In this document: positions 28,199 to 32,000 of the stretch, in pieces | How positions within the stretch are numbered: the first letter of the stretch is position 1 | Layout of the letters: every line of letters begins with the position of its first letter | Assembly: GCA_000830275.1 (NCBI GenBank) | Contig: CP010424.1 | Location: 240,001-272,000 of the forward strand | Direction: 5' to 3' | Length of the DNA: 32,000 nucleotides | Source: an archaeon GW2011_AR10 | Lineage (GTDB): Archaea > Iainarchaeota > Iainarchaeia > Iainarchaeales > GW2011-AR10 | Translations under genes and position numbers: made by a program | Notes under the pieces: model-generated | Databases searched by the model: none | What the model was told of the DNA's origin: nothing | Seen by the model: the letters and a program-made list of their open reading frames with translations, nothing else

Positions 28199-30124
28199 TT
28201 AGTCAATTCTCTTGTTTTTGACTGTGAACAGCAAAAGAACCAGTGATGGAATCACGAGCAAAAGAATTTCAGGGGCCAAATTCAAGAGCGTGTTTCCTTT
28301 CACAAGCACCTCTGTCACAATAAGAATTGAAATATTCAAAGGAAGTTTTTCAGCAATGCTTGAAACAATTTCGCTCATCAGCTCTACTGGCAGAATTATT
28401 CCGCTCAGGAAGATAAGCGGGATCATTATTACAAGTGCGGTCAGCAGCGTGGTTGACTGAAGCCGCGTAAAGTTTGTAATGAACAGCCCAAGTGCAACAA
28501 ACGCAAAGCTTGCAAGAGCAAATGCCACATACAACTCGGCTATGTTTCCTGCAATTGGAACATTAAATGAAATAATTGACACGACAAGGATTATTGTTGC
28601 AAGGAAAACCGAAAAAATTATCTGCCCAAAAATTTTCCCTATGAAGAGTTTGTATTTTTTGGTTGTTGAAAGAACCATTCTGAGGTAAGCTCCCTGGATT
28701 TTTTCGTTAATGAAGACAACAGCGCTCAAAAGAATTGCAGTAAGCATTATCACGATCGCGATAAGGGAAGGCACAAGAATGGTGAACTTGTCAACATTGT
28801 AAGCGCTGAGTTTGTTTATTATCACAGGGTTTGAAAGAAACTGAGGGTCAAGGTTGCCAAGCTCATCAAGCGAATCAATAAATGAGGCCATCAGTTCCTT
28901 TGATTCTTCCAGGTCAGAGTCAACGTCTTTCTTGGACTCAAGGGAATCATCAATCAGTGCTATAATCTCATCAATTGTTGAGCCGATGCTTGAGAGCTGC
29001 TCGTTTATGCTGTCAAGGTCAGTGAAAGTGCTGTCAATTTCCCCTTTAAGGTCCTTAAGGCTGGCATCGGTTGTTTCAAGCTTGCCTTGAATTGCAATTA
29101 CTGACTCTTGCATTTCAACTATTTCCTGCTCTGCGCTGTTCATTTCAGCTTCTGCAGCCTCAATGTCAGACCTAGCGCTGGAAATTTCTGCTCTTGCGCT
29201 CCTAATTTCAAGCAATGCTTCCTCTATTTGCGGGCTGCCCCCCGGAATCTGCGAATTAACCTCATCAAGGTCCTGCTCGATTTCTGCAAGCTGCCTGTCG
29301 CGTTCCTCAAGCCTTGTTACAGCATCCCTTCCTTTCTGCCTGTAATCAGCAATGCTTAGCCTGTGCTGTTCAAGCCTTTCTGGAAGGCCCTCAATTTCTC
29401 CTGAAAAAAATTCCACATCAGAAGTGTACTGGTCAAGCTTTGCCTTTATCACATCGTTTCTGTTCCTCTGGCTGTTCAGCACTTCGCGCATTTCGTCAAT
29501 GTTGATTGCGGTAACACTCTCATTCAAATCAAGCAAGGTCAGCTCGCTTTCATCAAGTTGCTGCAGGAATTTTTCTACTCTTTCAACTTCCCCCTGCAAA
29601 TCGGATTTAATTTGTGAGAGGTTCTCCCAAATTTCTTGCAGCAACTGCAGTGAAGTCTGGAAGCCAACGCTCTGCACCGCCTGCCTTGCAACATCAAAGA
29701 AAAAAAGCGACGTAGCAATGTTCGAGTTGTCAAACACCACATCAATTACATATCTTCCATATCTTGTTTCTGGCTCGTGCACAATAATTCCAACCTTGCT
29801 TTGCCTCTCATAAATAATCCGCTCAACGTCATCCGAAGAAACCGCTCTTAAAATTGTTATTTTGTTTGTGTCCTCAAGCTGCTTGATGAATTTCTCTGAG
29901 TCAAAACCCCTGATGTTTGCAGGAGCATAAACCGCTATCTCAAGGTTTTCAAGGGTTGATTTTCCTGTAAAAGCAAGGCCAATAATGAAAACAACAATTA
30001 TCAGCATCAACAAAATCAGGCCAAGCACAAACCATTGTGACTTGATTACGGCAATTTCTTTTGCAGCAATTCTTGCAATCCTTGCTCCAGGCAGCTTTTC
30101 CAGCAGCTCTTTCAATGCAGGCAT
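28199..30124 (-). CDS. ABC-2 type permease with a large coiled-coil ectodomain (YhgE/Pip-like architecture)
   Basis: 641 aa. It has an N-terminal TM (FVLGLILLMLIIVVFIIGLAF) and a ~400-aa acidic, heptad-like region (..LQGEVERVEKFLQQLDESELTLLDLNES...EIRSARAEISSARSDIEAAEAEMNSAEQEIVEMQES..). Five C-terminal TM helices are typical of ABC-2 permeases. The gene starts 1 nt after the ATPase stop. Confidence 0.8.
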   Translation of the reverse strand: MPALKELLEKLPGARIARIAAKEIAVIKSQWFVLGLILLMLIIVVFIIGLAFTGKSTLENLEIAVYAPANIRGFDSEKFIKQLEDTNKITILRAVSSDDVERIIYERQSKVGIIVHEPETRYGRYVIDVVFDNSNIATSLFFFDVARQAVQSVGFQTSLQLLQEIWENLSQIKSDLQGEVERVEKFLQQLDESELTLLDLNESVTAINIDEMREVLNSQRNRNDVIKAKLDQYTSDVEFFSGEIEGLPERLEQHRLSIADYRQKGRDAVTRLEERDRQLAEIEQDLDEVNSQIPGGSPQIEEALLEIRSARAEISSARSDIEAAEAEMNSAEQEIVEMQESVIAIQGKLETTDASLKDLKGEIDSTFTDLDSINEQLSSIGSTIDEIIALIDDSLESKKDVDSDLEESKELMASFIDSLDELGNLDPQFLSNPVIINKLSAYNVDKFTILVPSLIAIVIMLTAILLSAVVFINEKIQGAYLRMVLSTTKKYKLFIGKIFGQIIFSVFLATIILVVSIISFNVPIAGNIAELYVAFALASFAFVALGLFITNFTRLQSTTLLTALVIMIPLIFLSGIILPVELMSEIVSSIAEKLPLNISILIVTEVLVKGNTLLNLAPEILLLVIPSLVLLLFTVKNKRID

Positions 30125-30125
30125 T

Positions 30126-31157
30126 TCAGTTCCTCAGTTGTTGTCCTGTAACATTCATGAAAACATCCTCTAAATCTGGCTCCTTGATTCTGGATGAAAC
30201 AATCTCGTAACCTTCTTTTACAAGCCATTCTGTGATGCTGGCAATTTTTTCAAGCGCGCGTTCCGGAAGTAAAGAAATTATTAAGTAGTTTCCAGCTGCA
30301 TTCACGTCACTGCCTTTCAGCGTGCCTTTAATCGCGTCAACTATTATTTTTTCAGGCACCTTGTTTAGTTTCACTACCAGCACTTTAACCCCGCCAAAGC
30401 TTGCGATTAGTTCCTGCGGCGTTCCGCTTAAGAGCACTTTTCCGTCGCTTATCAGCCCAATGCGGTTGCACAAGTGCTCTGCTTCATCCATGTAATGGGT
30501 TGTAATGCAGATGGTTTTGCCTTGGTGCTTTAGCTCAAAAATTTTTTCCCAGAAGTGCTCTCTCACCTTTGGGTCCAACCCAACAGTTGGCTCATCCATG
30601 AAAATAACTTTAGGGTTATTCACGAGAGAGCACGCAATGTTCAGCAGCCTCTTGTAGCCGCCGCTCAAATTTTCTGCCTGCCTTTTCCTGAAGCTGCTTA
30701 ACCCCAGCCATTCAATCAGGTAATCAGTCCGCTTTTGAAGTTCTGCTCCAGTTAAGCCGTACATTGCTCCAAAAAACTTAAGGTTCTGTTCAACTGTGAA
30801 GCTGTAAAAAAAGCTTGTTTCCTGCGGTACAATCGCAATAAACCCTTTTATTTTGTCATAGTTTGCTGTTAGTTCTGCTCCAGAAAAATTTACTGTTCCC
30901 GAATCGGCTTTTCCAAGGCCTGTCATGATTTTTGCAAGCGTTGATTTGCCCGCACCATTCGGCCCAATAAGGCCGAACACCTCTCCCTGCATTATGTCAA
31001 GCGAGACATCGTTGAGTGCCTGAAAGTTTCCATAGAATTTGTTTATGCTTCTAATCTGAACAATTGGTGCAGCTGCTGCGTAACCTCTTTTTTCTTGAGT
31101 TTTTGCTTCAGCCCCTTTAACCGCTTCCTTTGCTTGAACTGCGTTTTCAGCAGGCAT
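30126..31157 (-). CDS. ABC transporter ATP-binding protein (ABC-2/DrrA-like, with C-terminal accessory domain)
   Basis: 343 aa with Walker A GPNGAGKST, signature LSGGYKRLL, Walker B VIFMDEPTVGLD and an H-loop in ITTHYMDEAE. A ~30-aa Ala/Lys-rich N-terminal extension is present. Confidence 0.93.
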   Translation of the reverse strand: MPAENAVQAKEAVKGAEAKTQEKRGYAAAAPIVQIRSINKFYGNFQALNDVSLDIMQGEVFGLIGPNGAGKSTLAKIMTGLGKADSGTVNFSGAELTANYDKIKGFIAIVPQETSFFYSFTVEQNLKFFGAMYGLTGAELQKRTDYLIEWLGLSSFRKRQAENLSGGYKRLLNIACSLVNNPKVIFMDEPTVGLDPKVREHFWEKIFELKHQGKTICITTHYMDEAEHLCNRIGLISDGKVLLSGTPQELIASFGGVKVLVVKLNKVPEKIIVDAIKGTLKGSDVNAAGNYLIISLLPERALEKIASITEWLVKEGYEIVSSRIKEPDLEDVFMNVTGQQLRN

Positions 31158-31178
31158 AATTGTTAAACAGTTCTTTAA

Positions 31179-31186
31179 TATTTAAA
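31179..31186 (-). promoter_or_regulatory. Candidate TATA box for the ABC ATPase/permease operon (leaderless)
   Basis: The minus strand reads TTTAAATA, centred about 26 nt upstream of ATG 31157. Confidence 0.4.
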
Positions 31187-31239
31187 TGTAGCCTTCCTGC
31201 ATTTTTTCCCTGTTTTTTTCCCAAACCCCCCAACAAAAG

Positions 31240-31247
31240 TTTATATA
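31240..31247 (+). promoter_or_regulatory. Candidate BRE/TATA for the downstream lipoprotein gene
   Basis: AAAAG-TTTATATA lies about 60 nt upstream of ATG 31304, which implies a ~30-nt leader. Confidence 0.35.
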
Positions 31248-31303
31248 TTACTTTGCACTTATATTTTTCAGTTATTTTTGAATTGTTTTTGAATTGTGGT
31301 GTG

Positions 31304-32000
31304 ATGAAGGGAAAATTTTTCGCTGCATTTGCTTTATTTGCTTTGCTAATTGTTTCCGGTTGCATTTCGAATGAAGGAACTTTGCTTGTTAATGTTTTTG
31401 ATGTAACGGAAGCTGATGATGTTGAAAGCAAACCCCCTTTTTTGCCTGGTGCTACTGTTGAGGTTTACTCTAACTCAGGTTTGGCTGCAATAGCAAAAAC
31501 CGACAATAATGGCAAAGTTTCCTTTGAGCTTGCGGTAGGCGACTATGACGTGGTTGCTTCAAAAGATGGGTATGGAAAAGAAAAGCAGGAAACAACAGTT
31601 TCAGCTAACCAAACAACTAACTTAGAATTCCTGCTTGAAAAAGCTGGTGGCGGAGGCGGCGGAGGGGACAGCAATGTTGTTTCAGGAGGGGGCAGCGAAG
31701 GGCTTGTTTCCCCTGCATTTGAAATTGCCTATCACCGCGTTTGGCTGAACTTTGACGATGGGCAAGGAAAAATTATTAGTGCTGCTCCAGTGTCTGGTTT
31801 TGATTCCTGTTTTGATATTCTTATGAGCACTGGCACTGAAGCAGTCTGCGCGGAGGGAAAAACCTACAACCAAGGCGAAAAGTGCAGGTATTACTTGCAG
31901 GAGACTGCAAACAACCCGAACATTGACGAGGACAGGTGCGTTCTAGAAATCAGTTTCGAGGAAGGAAGCAGTGGAAAACAAGGCAAGAGGTTCTTTGAGA
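31304..32000 (+). CDS. Putative lipoprotein: CarboxypepD_reg-like domain, Gly-rich linker, Cys-containing C-terminal domain (3' end outside the window)
   Basis: This ORF is not in the ORF track because no stop is reached. My own translation from ATG 31304 reads MKGKFFAAFALFALLIVSGC (lipobox-like VSGC), then LLVNVFDV....LPGATVEVYSNSGLAAIAKTDNNGKVSFELAVGDYDVVASKDGYG (CarboxypepD_reg pattern), then GGGGGGG...GGG, then a domain with 4 Cys. The frame is open to base 32000. Confidence 0.7.
   Translation, partial: MKGKFFAAFALFALLIVSGCISNEGTLLVNVFDVTEADDVESKPPFLPGATVEVYSNSGLAAIAKTDNNGKVSFELAVGDYDVVASKDGYGKEKQETTVSANQTTNLEFLLEKAGGGGGGGDSNVVSGGGSEGLVSPAFEIAYHRVWLNFDDGQGKIISAAPVSGFDSCFDILMSTGTEAVCAEGKTYNQGEKCRYYLQETANNPNIDEDRCVLEISFEEGSSGKQGKRFFE

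Noticed and set aside
31645-31692. G-rich run ggtggcggaggcggcggagggg...ggaggggg considered as a simple-sequence repeat or G-quadruplex element
   Set aside because: It is in frame and encodes the Gly-rich linker (GGGGGGG...GGG) between two domains of the lipoprotein. It is coding low complexity rather than an independent DNA element.
1-32000. Prophage, integrative element, defence island, CRISPR array, or tRNA/rRNA genes
   Set aside because: I saw no integrase, transposase, capsid/terminase, restriction-modification, cas or toxin-antitoxin signatures. I saw no regularly spaced repeats and no tRNA-like or rRNA-like GC-rich structured segments. Every gap over 100 bp is AT-rich promoter-like sequence. 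A tRNAscan/Infernal run would be needed to exclude small RNAs formally.

Overview
This is a densely packed archaeal chromosomal window with about 34 protein genes. I saw no rRNA, tRNA, CRISPR array, transposase or integrase. The archaeal assignment rests on NucS/EndoMS, a NadM-type NMN adenylyltransferase, deoxyhypusine synthase and two class III (prepilin-type) signal peptides. It also rests on the expression signals. AT-rich TATA boxes sit about 25 nt upstream of the start codons of first genes, which look leaderless. Internal genes use GGTG/GGAGG Shine-Dalgarno-like motifs or overlapping stop/start codons (ATGA, TAATG). The compaction and surface-protein content suggest a small-genome, possibly DPANN-like archaeon, but this cannot be verified here.

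Gene content in order:
- A ccdA 3' end with an odd appended ccdA N-terminal fragment, then nucS.
- A de novo NAD cluster (nadA, nadX, nadM, nadC), interrupted by a methyltransferase-like gene and a small very basic ORF.
- PLP synthase (pdxS, pdxT) and an HTH+ACT protein.
- A transcription unit of a Tat-signal orphan protein, tldD and tldE/pmbA.
- A cell-surface locus: a cohesin plus Cys-rich anchored protein, a pilin, a DHH phosphoesterase, and a pilin fused to a FAM3/ILEI-like domain.
- Deoxyhypusine synthase translationally coupled to a fusion of a membrane domain with a pyruvoyl AdoMet decarboxylase domain.
- A small anchored protein plus an Fe-type alcohol dehydrogenase.
- A purine block (purQ, purL, tandem purS, then divergently purF, purD, 5-formyl-THF cyclo-ligase).
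- A YhgE/Pip-like ABC-2 exporter flanked by two lipobox lipoproteins with carboxypeptidase-regulatory-like domains.

The most interesting items are the pilin-ILEI fusion and its surrounding adhesion locus, the membrane-tethered AdoMetDC coupled to dys, and a duplicated stop/SD/ATG relay with two tiny ORFs between purL and purQ. Also of interest are the Tat-signal orphan leading tldD/tldE and the ccdA duplication remnant. All homology calls come from reading the translated ORFs and recalling family motifs. No database search was possible.
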